64,000 bases of DNA, from contig CM022674.1 of NCBI GenBank assembly GCA_012295275.1, positions 14,136,001 through 14,200,000 on the forward strand, given 5' to 3'. Position 1 is the stretch's first letter; each line of letters starts with the position of its first letter. The translations under genes were made by a program, and so were the position numbers. The notes under the pieces were generated by a model, which saw only the letters and a list, made by a program, of their open reading frames with translations, was not told where the DNA came from and ran no database searches. This DNA is from Chrysomallon squamiferum (taxonomy: Eukaryota > Animalia > Mollusca). This document shows, one piece after another, positions 39,256-53,212 of the stretch.

Positions 39256-40982
39256 ATTTGAATTTCACATGATTTAATATTGTCCACAACAGGAAATCGT
39301 TTTTTTGTTTTGAAAGGATCTCAGTGAATGAAGGCTGGTTTTTCATTGGTTGTAATTGAACCATTACTTTTCATCGGAATATGTCGTTAAATTTCGCGTT
39401 TTCCGAAAGGTTCCGAATAATATCAAAGTTGCTTCGTGTACTCTTTGGAAACTGAAGGTAACCGAATGGATTGAAACTATTTTTTTTTTTCGTTTCTTTG
39501 CATTTCCTTCTTTTTTTTTTTTTTTTTTTTTTTGTTTCATTTTTTTTTTTAACTTGAAGAAGAAATCATATTATTACACAAATTTAAATTCATTCAAGAA
39601 ATGCTTGCTTTAAATTTATTTGTTATGCATATTAATTCTTTCTTGAAAGTTACATTTACGCTAATATCCGAGTATATTGATTAGTCTACATTCGTGTTAA
39701 TTGATTTATAGTTAAATCAACGATATTTGAATTAATATTGTGAACTGTTTTAAGTTATGTTGTTGTTCAACTCACGTTGTTAAAATCATGAAGAATATGC
39801 ACGTCTTAAGTCTTTTAGTTTTGTTAGTTAATCAAGTAACTTAGTGAAATAAAGTCTGATGAATTAGTTACATTTCTAATCCGCGTTTTCTGTTATATCT
39901 ACAGCCCTACATTTGATGTTTAAAATAATCTTTATATTTCCTAGCTGTTTATGGGACAGTACATAGAAAATATACATGAGCTGCAAGTTTGACAATCCTT
40001 AGCAAATATTTACTTTAGAAAAAAAAAAAATGATGATGATGATAAATAAATATAGGACTTGTATGTATTGTCCTGTCTTTGGGAAGGTAGATAATATGAT
40101 ATTTGCTGTTAGTAAAAGTAGGTTTTATCTTTTGTATCATCAGTAAACAATATTAAATATGTGTAAAACCTTGCAAGTTAGTATTAAAATATACATACAA
40201 TATACACCAAAACATATATGCACACACCTCCATTCCCAAACATATACATAAGCCTAGATACAGAGCATAAAATTCAATATTGGAGCGTATCTGAAACATT
40301 TACTTATAATAATACTAGTAATTATACATTGTTATCAATGAATACAAACCCAGAGCAAATGCAAGAGCTAAAGATAAATTTTATTAACAATGTATAAAAT
40401 AAGAACAAAACATTTTCTGAAGAAAACAATAACATACATAGAAAGCACTGAGTTCAATACATATTAACTAATGTATATAAACATTAGTATGACAAAGTGA
40501 AAATTAAATAAATTAAAAAAAAATGTCAAATGAGCCTGAGTAGAATAAATATTAAATATAAATGCTTTAAATATTATTTTATAATAATAATACAATGGAA
40601 CATCAAGAGGCTAAATATATATATTTTTAAAGTTTTAACAAATACTGTATAAAGTTTTGAGGTTAAACAATGAGTAAATTAATGTAAAATGTACATTGTT
40701 GTGTGAAATATATCAAAATAGATTCAAAAATGTTTTTTAAAATAGAAATCAACATCCATACCAACATGCATTTCACTATCACCAGCAGTTTCTCTTCCAA
40801 GATTTAGTTTTTCAATTGTAAACAAAAATGTTTCAATAACATTTTAATAAAATATTACATTTATAAATTTTCTATAAATATATGAAATAAAAATATTCTG
40901 TATATAATTAAATAAATGACCTCTCTTCTCAACTTCACAAAGTAATATGAATATAAATGTTTCTGAATAAATAAAAAGTAAA

Positions 40983-42783
40983 TCATTTCTTTCGCAAAAA
41001 TCGACTTTTTGTCTTCCATTTTTTCTTCTTCTTTTCTTCCTTCACCAGTCTGACTTTCTCCTCATCTTTCACTCCAATTAGATCTTGTTCAGAGTTGTCA
41101 AAAAGCAGCTGGTCAACTGCAATAGCTCTCTCTGAGATGTTTCTGTTTTGTTCAAGCTAGACAAATTGACACAACAAATTAAACTTTTAAATATCACAGT
41201 TCATTTCAGTTTATTAATATTGTACATGTATCTAGCAATCTAAATAGATTTTGTCTCAAGAAAAAAAATTCACTCTACAATTAAACTCTTAAATGTCAAA
41301 ATTCTCTAAATTGATTAAGAAGTATACGTGTCCAATAAATAATCTAAAATACTTTGTCATTAGGAAAATTCACACAATACTTCTACTACTACTACTACTG
41401 CTATTACTACTACCAATACTACTACTATTGCTACTATCACTACAACTGAATACAACTACTGTAACATTACTCCTACTACTGTGACCACCCCTACTACTGC
41501 TTCTAGTACTCCAAATGATACAAATTACTGATTCATGTGTATCAAATTACACACTTTGTAAAGATATTTCAAATTTCAGTCATTTTACCTTTCATGAATT
41601 CCACATTACTGAAGAAAGAGTGTATCAAAGATAGTTTAAAGAAACTACGGGTTTAAATATCCATGAAACAAAGAGTGACTCTTTAAAGTGGTTTGTGTTA
41701 AAATCTTCACCCTTTCACTTCTAAACTGCATACTACATCAAAAAATAAATCTGTCAACTGTGACATTTAAAAAAGTAGACTTTTATAAAATTCTCAAGCA
41801 AATGTTTTCTTACTGACAGGCATGCTTACACAGTCCATTCATAACGCATTAAACAAATAACAGTTAATCATTTACACTGTTTATATCTTTTTACCAACCT
41901 CCATCAGTGGCTCGTGATAGTATTTAACTTTTGGTGTTTTTTCTGCCTTTAGTTTCTTCTTTGTGTGCGTGGGAACATTCATAGGATAATTTAAATACTG
42001 GAGAAAAACAAAAATAAAAATAATTATAATAAAGTAAAACAAAACATATATTAAAAACAAAAATAAAAATAACTGTTTCACGTACAGAACAAAACAAAGT
42101 AAATTGTTAATTTTAAGTTTTCTATGTCAGACATGGTAGTAAAAGCAGGCTTCTACATTTGATGAGAGTTCAGAGAGAGAGAGAAAAGTAGAGAGAAAGA
42201 GAGAGACATGAGGACTAAGTATTATAAAGAATGTGTGGTAAATAATATTTCAACATAATTATGTTTATAATACTGGGTTATTATTATGATCACCACATTA
42301 ATAGGCTCTCTTATAACACCTGTAAAAATAATGATGACAAAAATGATGATGACTATAATAGTAATACATCAAGTAAACAGAATGATGATGATGATATGTC
42401 ATTAATTATTACTCACATCACATATAATTTTGCTGAGTTGTCTGTGAGTTTCCATGGTGTCTCTTGCCAGTTTCTCAGTTTCACTGTCCTGTAAATAAAT
42501 TTATGAATAAATTGCAACCAGCAGAGAGACACACACACACACATACACGCACACACTCAGACATACATCTACACACATGCACACACACAGACAGACATAT
42601 ATCAACACACTCACACACACACACCTACATGCATCCACATACACATGTACACACAGACACACACAGACATATATCCACACATACATACAAAGACATACAT
42701 CAACAAACATACATACAGATATACATTTACACAAACACATGAACATACATGCATCTACACAGACATGTACATATATCCACTCA

Positions 42784-42825
<42 letters not shown>

Positions 42826-43255
42826 TTTCTTTTCACATGAACATTTTACAGACTATTTTTACTATTGCAAGTCATGTAAAACAATATTTTATTTCGCAGA
42901 CATACACACACAGACTGATACTTGGACAGACTCACACATACAAACACAGTTTTTTTTCACATATGATAAATATTCCTGTGTTTTATTTTGCTAAAACATA
43001 AAAAAAAAGAGTACTTTAATGAGAAGACAAACACAGATCTCACTTCTAATAAATTTTCTGCACTGGAGTCATGCAAGACTATTTTTTCTGTGTGGTATTC
43101 ATCCTCACTGTCTGGCAACACACTGTCAGAACTTGAATACTGAAAAATACACAGACAGTGAATAAATTAAAATAAATGCAAACATACATATACACACATA
43201 CACACATACATATACACAGATGTACATATGTACATATATATATATATATGCATAA

Positions 43256-43290
<35 letters not shown>

Positions 43291-43762
43291 CAAATGCACA
43301 CATGCATACACACCCACACACACAAATAAAATTAACATTTGTTTAATAACATGAAGACATCAAATCAAGAACTACATATTTCCTTTGTTTTAAAATAGAT
43401 AGGTAAACAATTATTTGTAAATTCTTTCTTATATTTATAATTATATATTAAATTATCAATCCTTATTATAATGGTTATGTAACAAATTTCTCATAATTCA
43501 TTTTCTAATAATTATCATGCAAATATATGAATTTATCTATAATTCATCTGTGTTTTATATGTTATTAAAAATTCCTATACTCACTTCATTGATAAAACAA
43601 GCTTCAGGAGATTTATTATCCAAGAAAGTTTTCTTTCTTGTGACTTTTCTTTTTGGCAGTAAAACCACATTTTCAATAGGAGAAAGTCCAGCTTCCTCCT
43701 TTTCATCCTGTTAAGTATGTCTTACAGTACAGTAATTGTATATCTTTGTATATATAGGTAAT

Positions 43763-43860
<98 letters not shown>

Positions 43861-45725
43861 TAATATTATATTAATAATAATAATAATAATTATAAGATGA
43901 TGATGATAAAGACAACAGTTATTAATAAAAAATAATATATTTACTGAACTAACCAGCTATCTATTACTGAATTAAGTGATATCTAACTAATTACTGAATT
44001 AAGTTTAAAAAACAGAGAAATTTATACCGTTCTCTCTTGTGTTCTGGATTCAGGTCTGATCTGTATTGAGGCTGGTTTCTGTTCTAGCTGATATCCTTCA
44101 GCAAACATTTCAGCAGATGTTTTCTCATGTAAACTTCTCACAGACTCAACAGGCACCACAATGTCAGTTTTCCTTTCTGCTATGTCTTCAATTTGGTTAA
44201 TGTAGACAGGTTGAAAATGTTTGTCAATGCTTGCCCTGCTGCCGCTTGCTCTGATACTGCTAGCTCTGCCACTGCTAGCTCTGCCACTGCTTCCTTTGCC
44301 ACTGCTACCTTTGCCACTGCTAGCTCTGCTGCCACTACGTGATGGTTTATTGACAGATGCTTGGTAGGGAACTGACTCCATGAAGAACTCTGCTTTGTCA
44401 CAAACTGCATCTTCTCTCTGTTGGTGACCAACGCTTTCCATAAAGAATTCATCATTTTTCTTCCCATCTTGCGGCATATATCTGGTGGCTTGCATGAAGT
44501 ACTCAGCTTTGTCCAAGTTTTCACCCTCTGTCTGTTGTTTCCCAGGCTGCTTCATTAGCATCTGCACTTCAATATCTGTACTGTCACCAACAGCAAAATT
44601 TGGTGATTTCCGTGAAGGACCTCTATGGTCTCTGAAGCTAGGAGATTCAAGAATCTTTTCCAGCTTTCTCTCCAGTTCTGATTTTGAAAATGGTTTGTCT
44701 CCTATCATCATAACTGGAGACTGCTTTGAGTCTTTGTATCTCTGTCCTTCAGCTTGTACATCCTGATCTGCTTCAGTGCGCTTGTCTTTCAACACAGTAC
44801 TAGGTGAGAAGACTTTCTTACCAACTCGGAGGTGCTGTGTTGGCAGGGAAGGATCTGACCGAACATCTCTGTTGTGTTCTAGCATCTTCTTGGCAAGCAT
44901 CTGCAGGTACAAATCATCCTTCTGCTCTTTTTTCTTCTCTCTGGACATTGCACCCATGTCTGGTGAGAAACGGTCTTCAATCCTGCGATTTGGAGATTGA
45001 CTGACAAGTCTCTGTTGGAACAAAAGAGCTTTGTCTGGAAACATGTTGTCCCCTGTGACAAAGTAGGTAGGTGTGTTTCGATTCGATCGTTTACCACTGC
45101 CCTGAGAACCTTCTTCGATCGAGGGTGTACCAGCCTGGCTTGCCTGCACACTGCCTCCATGCCCTTGACCCACCCTCACTGAAGTGGCCACTGGGCTCAG
45201 TCTGCTGCTGACTTTCGGAACCAGCCTCACTGAAGGGAACACTGGGCTCACTTTGCTGTTGTCCTTGGGAACCAGTCTCACTATACAGGGTACCCTGCTT
45301 ACGTGGCTGGCCTTGGGAACCAGCCTCACTGAAGTGGACACTGGGTTCAGGTTTCCGTGACTGATCCTGTGAGCCAAATTCACTGTACTGAGCACTGGGC
45401 TTTCGTTGTTGTGGTTGTGAGCCAGCCTCACTGTACTGGGCACTGGGCTTTCGTGCCTGCTCTTGCATGCTCGGTGCAGTGAGCTCACTGAATGGTGTGC
45501 TAGGCTTACGTACATAGTCATGCTGACTTGGCTGGGCACTTGGTTTGTGGGAGGATGCCTGGGACCTGTGAGTCCACCCAGGGTGTAGAAAAGCATCAGC
45601 TTTTCTGTATGTTTCTTTGTAATGGAAATCTGGTTGGTACAAATACTGAATATTGGGAGAAAAACAAGAGAAAAGTGAAAAAAGAGTACTCTATCATGCA
45701 TTTCAGTGATTAATATACAATTATG

Positions 45726-45797
<72 letters not shown>

Positions 45798-45840
45798 GTT
45801 GTTGTTATTATTATTATTATTATTGTTATTGTTATTGTTA

Positions 45841-45911
<71 letters not shown>

Positions 45912-47589
45912 GTTATTATTGTTATTGTTACCTGGCGTGTTAAGACAATAATCAGAACTATCAACACAGCTGTGTTAAGACAACAAAAGTAGAAAACTTC
46001 TTTTCGCAGAATCGTGTAATCCGGCAGCTGAGAAAACAACACAGAATTGTAGGAAATTTGAAAAAAAGAAATATGTAAATAAAAAAATAAAAAAAGTACA
46101 AAAAGACAAAGATAAAACAATCACTAAACCTCTAAAACAAAAAAAACAATAACAAAACAAACTAGCAAGTAGCAGAACATAAAATAAATAAATAAATAAA
46201 TACAACAACAACAATAACAAAACAAAACAAAAAAAATAAAATAATAATAATTATCATAACAATAATAATAATAATAATAATAATAATCAAACAATTAAAT
46301 TAATAAATTATTTTCTGAAACAGTAAATGACAGAACTAATGTAAGTCAAGGAGACAAACAACATACATCTTCAATGTGCTTCTTGGAGAGTCGACTTGAA
46401 AGAGCGCCAATCTTTTTTCTTTCAGTAACTGTATAAATATTTAAAAAAACCAAAAAAAAACTATAACAATATTAAATGATAACAAATCGTAAAATTTAAA
46501 CATTTTACATTAAGAAACATTTTTATACAATTACTCTTACTGTTAATTCTACTACACTACTACTATCCACCATCATTACCACTTCTACTATGACTGTTAG
46601 TGAAACCTTAGAACACTACTACTATTACTACTACTATTACTACTACTACTACTACTATTACTACTACTATTACTACTACTACTACTACTACTACTAATAT
46701 CACAACTACATCTAACTTTACCACCAATATCACTACTTCCAACATTATTTCTGTTACTTACTACTTCTGCTATGACTACTATTACTACTTTCATCACCAC
46801 TATTGTTATTATCACCATTACTATCAACATCATTAGTACCACTATCACTGCTACAACTACTACTAAGACTACAACTTCTCCTCTTACTATTACTACCACT
46901 ATTTCCACATCTTCTATCAAAAATACTACTACCAAACTACTTCTACCACACATACTGTTACTATTACTTCCATCAATTCTACTAAAAATACTACTACTAC
47001 TACTATCACCAGCGCTACTTCCTCTAAAAATACTACTACTACTACTACCACCATTGCTTCTACTACAAATAGTTACTATTACTACAATCAACTACTATTA
47101 TTACTACTACCACCATGTTTACAAAAAATACTACTACTACTACTACTACCATTACTTACTACTAAAAATATTGTTAGTACTACTACTATTACCCCCACTA
47201 CTTCTACTACAAATATTATTACTGTTTCTACTAAAAATACTGCAACACCATCATCAACGCCAACACTGACATTCTGTCCTGTTTCTACTCCACCTTTGAA
47301 TTCTGGTTTCTGAGCTTTCTCTGGCATAGTGTCTACATCAAAAACGGCTTGTTGCAATTCATCCTCGTGTGCCTTCTGGTACGTTTGTCTCAGGCTCTTA
47401 TCTGTGATCATTGTCAGCTTGTCTGCCTGGGTTCCATAAACCTCCATCAGCGTGTTTCCAAATGTTGGGTTCGTGGTGTCGAAGATGTGACCCATGTACA
47501 ACGCGTAGACAGGGACGTAGTTTTCTGTCTGCTGACTTGGTATACGCATTGGAACTGGAAGAATGATTTTAATTTAACTTAAAAAATGA

Positions 47590-47625
<36 letters not shown>

Positions 47626-47631
47626 AGTAAC

Positions 47632-47673
<42 letters not shown>

Positions 47674-48790
47674 AAAATAAAAAATTATATTATTATAATT
47701 AAATAACAAAGAAAAAGAAAAAAAAGAACAGTGATTAGTTTATGCATACTGATTATTAATAGTTTATTACTGGCCTGATATTTGAGACATCTCCTCTGTT
47801 GTTGTCATTCAAGAGAATGGAATTAGTGTAATCAACAATAGATTACTAAAAAAAAATATGTATGTATTTATTTATGTTTTTAGTTATTTATTTATATTCG
47901 TGTATATGTTTGTGTGTATTTATTTGTTTATTTATTTATCAGTCATACCACATGCTTTTATTGTCTGTGAACCACACAAAATATCATGAAACAAGAGACC
48001 TCCAGTATCTTCAACTACTTTAGCGAACTCGAGAAAGCGGCAATTACAAACAGCCGATGTTTTTAGAAGATCTCTGAAATTAAAAATTCATCATTATTAT
48101 TACCATGTGTGTATAAAAGTATGCATATGCCTACCTACCTGTGTTTCTATGTAGCAATTTATTATTCACTGAAGGAAGGAATGGAGAAATGTTTGATTAA
48201 ATAAAACACACATTTTTGATAATACAGAGATTGTTAAGGAATGAAGAATAAAAAAAAAAAGAGAAAAGTCATAAATCTTTCTCAGTTAGCAATAAGTGGT
48301 ATTTTTTTAATCATCTTTTTAGAGACAGGGCAGAGGTTTTGACAATAGTACTGTGTGATGCTCTGACTTGTAACCACCAAGCTAGTTAATTATTAATTGA
48401 ATGAATGTATATTTTTTAACAGTTTATATATATATATATATGTGGATAATTCATGCAGAAATATAAGCATATTTGGCAGAGGCATACATATGTCTGTACA
48501 TATACTCTCTTACACACACACACACACCAACCACATATACACACAACAATCTCAGACACATACATACACCATACACACATACACAGACAAACAAACACAC
48601 ACTAAGCAACTCACACGGCCAAAGGAGACTTGTGTTGCTGTATACAGTTTGACAGTTTCGGAAAGTCCAGTTCTGCTTCCCGATCACATTTCACAACAGC
48701 ATTTTCGAGGGTGCACCAGCTTATACAGAAAGTGTTGTAACATCCAGCTTCTGTTATCCACAATGAAAATATGAGAAGCCTCAAGTGCAT
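40983..48790 (-). CDS. Uncharacterised type I membrane protein (~960 aa): signal peptide, small Cys-rich LRRNT/LRRCT-like ectodomain, one TM, long disordered repeat-containing tail; apparent frameshift at ~45170
   Basis: Exons 48790-48615, 48073-47949, 47554-47294 (donor uncertain; 47271 alternative is out of phase), 46428-46367, 46027-45932, 45645-44028, 43707-43585, 43139-43044, 42488-42417, 41997-41899, 41156-40983. Signal MHLRLLIFSLWITEAGC; TM VFYFCCLNTAVLIVLIIVL; ends KWKTKSRFLRKK*. A probable 5'UTR donor lies at ~49549. Confidence 0.78.
45726..45930. repeat. (ATT/GTT)n microsatellite, ~200 bp, intronic
   Basis: Near-perfect trinucleotide run; the source of the poly-Ile ORFs. Confidence 0.95.
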
Positions 48791-49047
48791 TCTAAAAATA
48801 ACATTTTGTTTTATTATTATTAAATTATCCATTCTAAAAATACATTATTATTATTAATCTGTGCATTACTCCTCAGAAAAAAAAAAAAAATAAAATAAAT
48901 AAAAAATAAAATAAAGGAAAAAATGTCCTATATATTATTACAAAAATCATCAGTAATAAATAAATTTAATAAAATTCGGAAATATGCGAAATATATTTAG
49001 GCTATCTCTTTATATCAGATGTATACTTTTATCTGTTTACAAAATAC

Positions 49048-49107
<60 letters not shown>

Positions 49108-49991
49108 GTTATTATTATTATTATTATTCATACTAATAAGTTATTAACCATTATTTTATTTCTGAAAGAAAAATTAGAAATAATAAAAATAAATAACTGG
49201 TTGATAACAATAAAGATAAGGCCTGTTTCCAGGCCTTCATTTCCCCTTTATCTGTTCCTTAAATTTTAATTCTTGAAACATTTACATTATTTGATTGTGA
49301 CTAACAAGTAAGTATGACAGTTTCAATTTAGGAGTTTTAGAAATCATACTTAATTACTACAAATATATTATTATATTTTATATTATGTCATATAATATTA
49401 ACTTTTGTCTACACAATACTAGTGGTTATGGGTGTCGTCTGCCGATCTTTTTATTACCGCTGCAGAATATTAATTTGCTTTATTATTTTTTCGAATTAAC
49501 CGCTCAAACGCTTATCTAGAAAGCTGGCATAAATCTAATAATACTCACCCTCTGTATATTACTTCCCAGAGACAAACGCTGACATAGCTTTATTGTATTA
49601 AGTTTTACATTTTTAATACAGAAACACCATTCCCAACGACATTTTGTTGTTAAGGAGAAAGCTTCTGCAACAACCGGTGAAGCCTCTTCCTCATCTCTGA
49701 CGTAATAGGACGTCTGGCTCTATCATTAACCTCAAATTGTCATGAACCTAGAAACGGATTCTACATACGCGCATTTTATAGAAAGATAAAAATAAAAAAT
49801 AATAATTATGATAAATAAAAATTATATTTTAAATTTATTCATTTTACTATAAGAATTAAAAAACGAAATGTTGCAACTTTTCATTAGAGAAAATTAGAAT
49901 TCTTCCCCCTTCCGTGTCGAATGTTAGCTTATTCTCAAGGTCCTCTCTAAAAGCGGTCTATTTTAATAGCGTATTCACAGCGATGCAAAAA

Positions 49992-50046
<55 letters not shown>

Positions 50047-50648
50047 TATGTCCAGGGGAAAATATTTAGTTTGTAAATATGAAAACAGTATTATATATAT
50101 TTCATTACATCGCGGAGGAACAACAGAACTTTCTGTGCCACACACACACACACAAAACACCTTTTGTTATTTATCTGGATATTAAGACAAGTTTAATTAA
50201 TTATATTTATTAGTATTGAAAAATAATGTACAAAATATAACATTTCTGCAGTTAACAAGTGGTAGTAGTAGTTTTGTTGTTGTAGTAGTAGTAGTAGTAG
50301 TAGCACCAGCTAACGTTTATTTCAATATAACAATGTATTTTATTATAATAAATAAATAAATAAACAGCAATTCATTTTACTTTATTTATTTCTAAATTTA
50401 TTTTAAAATATTGAACATGATTTATTTAGGCATATTGCTCTGTATGCTTCTACCTACATTACAATTTTAAATAATTAGAAGAAAAGAAAAGAAAAGAAAA
50501 AAGTTATATATATATATATATATATATACTTTTATATTAATACATATATATATCCTCTTATATTAGTTATTACTTTAACCTTTCCCAAAAATTATATCTA
50601 CGTTGATTATAATAAATGATCTAGTACCTATAATAATAATAATAATAA

Positions 50649-50679
<31 letters not shown>

Positions 50680-50734
50680 AAGAATTGTTAGGATGATATT
50701 TAGATTTTTAAATTAGTATAGCTGTTGATCCAAA

Positions 50735-50986
50735 TCAAACTGTTATCCAGAAAAAGCCATCGTGAGGTGGATTTGGCAAGATATTACGTAAAGAAAACAT
50801 GTACTCAGTCTGTATAGGTAATTTGGAGTGAGCTAATTTCTTTTCTGGATCATGTAGTTCGATCTTCCTACCCATATATATTTCCGGCAGTTTCTGGTCA
50901 TCTTTGGTTTTTCTGCTCTTTGACATAATGTGAGCCAGTGGGTAGTCTGCATTGAACTGTGTTCGTAATTTCTGTCGAAAAATAAA

Positions 50987-51017
<31 letters not shown>

Positions 51018-51028
51018 CAACAATAACC

Positions 51029-51072
<44 letters not shown>

Positions 51073-52194
51073 AATAATAATAAAGCAATTAACAGAGAAT
51101 ATTAATAAAAAAAAATAATAATAATAAATAAATAAATAAATAAATATCTTCGTTTCAGACTAAAATCATATCTCTAATTTATGCTTGTTATTTTGATAAT
51201 AATTTTTGTTTTTTGTTTTAAAATTCATTCGAGTACTGATGATCCTCGGTTTCACGGACCTCGGTTTTCTGGATTTCGGAAAATCCAGATCTGGAGAAAA
51301 AAAAAATCCTCATAATTTGAACTTATAGCCATTTCCCACTTGAAACCTTACGTCTAGCTATTATTAAGTTATTCTGGGTCCCATTGTTGATCATGGAGAC
51401 CCTTTCTCAACCCAGTTTCCATCAAGGTAAACATAACCATCCTAACTTAACCTCATCCAATCTAGCCTACGTAAACTGCATGAAATTTGTGTACATTTAT
51501 TTTGGTATCACTGTATTTTCTAGTATTTTGTGCACCAAAACTTACTGTTTCGGTACATTTTTGGTTCGATGTTTACAGTCGTCATTTGCCAGGCTTTTGC
51601 ATTATCAGGGCCGGTGGTCCCCTCTATTAGTTCTTGAAATCGAGGGCCAACGATAATAAATCTTTTATTATCAAACATACTTTTTATGAACTAATTAAGG
51701 AAATAAATAAAATTTAAAATAAAGTTATAAAGTTATAAACCTTTCTTAATTCTGGTAAAACTCTTGATTCAGGCCTTATTCGACGTTCTATAAAATAAAA
51801 TAAAATATAAATAAAATTAAATAGATATAATAAAAGTAATGTGTGTGTGTGTGTGTGTGTGTGTAAAAACAACAACATATAATAAAATTAAAAATAAACA
51901 GTTTATGGTATTATTGATTGCTAATAATAACTTTTCAATCACTTTGTTTCTTTCATTCTTTTTTTTTTCTTTATTCTTTTCAGCATAATTATAAATTTGT
52001 GCAAAACGCTATACAGATTGAGTATCTTGAAGACAAATGAAAACGACGAAATGACAAGTAAACAAAATACAAACAGCTTATAAAATACCTAAAGATAACG
52101 TTTCAGCGCAGAGATAAATATATAGAAATGTGATTAATTTGCTTACGCAAATACTATATGATTTGTTACATCTGTCGTGTTTTTCAATTTAATT

Positions 52195-52237
<43 letters not shown>

Positions 52238-52396
52238 GTTAGTTAGTTATTTATATAAAAAGAATACAGTGTACGCCTATTACCCAAAATATTAAAACAG
52301 AAGAATTTATTTCATTGAATTTCTGCCAAGAAAATAAAAAAAATATATGTAACATACATAGTGTTATGTGATTGATAATAATAAAATAAATTTTAT

Positions 52397-52429
<33 letters not shown>

Positions 52430-53212
52430 TATATGTTTGTATGTGTGTGTGTGTTTGTGAGTGTATAGGTTTGTGTGTAGGTTTGAGTGTGTGTGTATAT
52501 ATATATATATGTATGTATAATATTACACACATACACACACACATAGATAAGACTTCGTATTAGATTAAATAATTAGACTGAAGAAGAAGAAGAAGAACAA
52601 CAACAACAACAACAATAGCAAGTGTATGAACTACTTACTGTGTACTGGGCGTGGTGATGGGAGGGGCAGTGACTCGCCTATTACGGGTGGAATATACTCT
52701 ATAAGGTATTTCTGTCTGGGTGGAAATACGCACTGTCTGAAAAAGAGATTATAATTAACTTTAGTGTAAAGTGTTTGAGGAAAAGCAGTGACACATCTGA
52801 TTATAAATGTTACTTTTCACTTACAGTTTCTAAAATACAAAATTTTGTTGACATTGATGATAATTATGATTATATATTTAATATTTTATTCTTTCGTTCG
52901 TGCATTCATCCGTTCATTCCTTCCAAATAAAGGAATTGTGAAAATGGAATTAAAGGTAATAGCAACAAAAATATTGTACTTAAAATGAAAAACAAATAAT
53001 AATAATAATAAAAAAAAAAAAAAAAAAAACATAATAAAATAATGAAAAAAAACAAAAGAAAAAATAATGTAATAAATAATGAAAGAAAGGCTAGAATAAT
53101 GAAAAGAAAAATAACATTATGTTCGCAATGCTTCAGTATTTATAAAATATTGCAGTGGTTATTACTGACTAAAAACTAGTGTTTTCTAAATAAACACTTA
53201 CTTTTGAGACAT
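50735..53212 (-). CDS. Uncharacterised 130-aa basic Pro-rich protein (possibly ciliary/testis type)
   Basis: Phase-consistent exons 53212-53202, 52736-52639, 51787-51741, 50971-50735 (393 nt). Product MSQKQCVFPPRQKYLIEYIPP...LRTQFNADYPL...IQTEYMFSLRNILPNPPHDGFFWITV*. Confidence 0.62.

Noticed and set aside
42464-43338. His/Thr-rich and Cys/Val-rich ORFs
   Set aside because: Degenerate (CA)n tracts in introns; only the short exons 42417-42488 and 43044-43139 are coding.
45180-45701. N-terminal part of the 559-aa ORF (MHDRVLFFHF...) as a standalone protein start
   Set aside because: The acceptor at 45646 and the upstream exon phase select the other frame; the ATG lies in intron sequence.
46560-47270. 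Ser/Val-rich and Leu/Thr-rich ORFs
   Set aside because: Intronic (ACT)n-derived low-complexity DNA.
49640-49745. TGA-interrupted frame (S*QFEVNDRARRPITSEMRKRLHRLLQKLSP) as selenocysteine or readthrough
   Set aside because: No convincing in-phase upstream exon, no SECIS-like hairpin recognised, and the frame is short.
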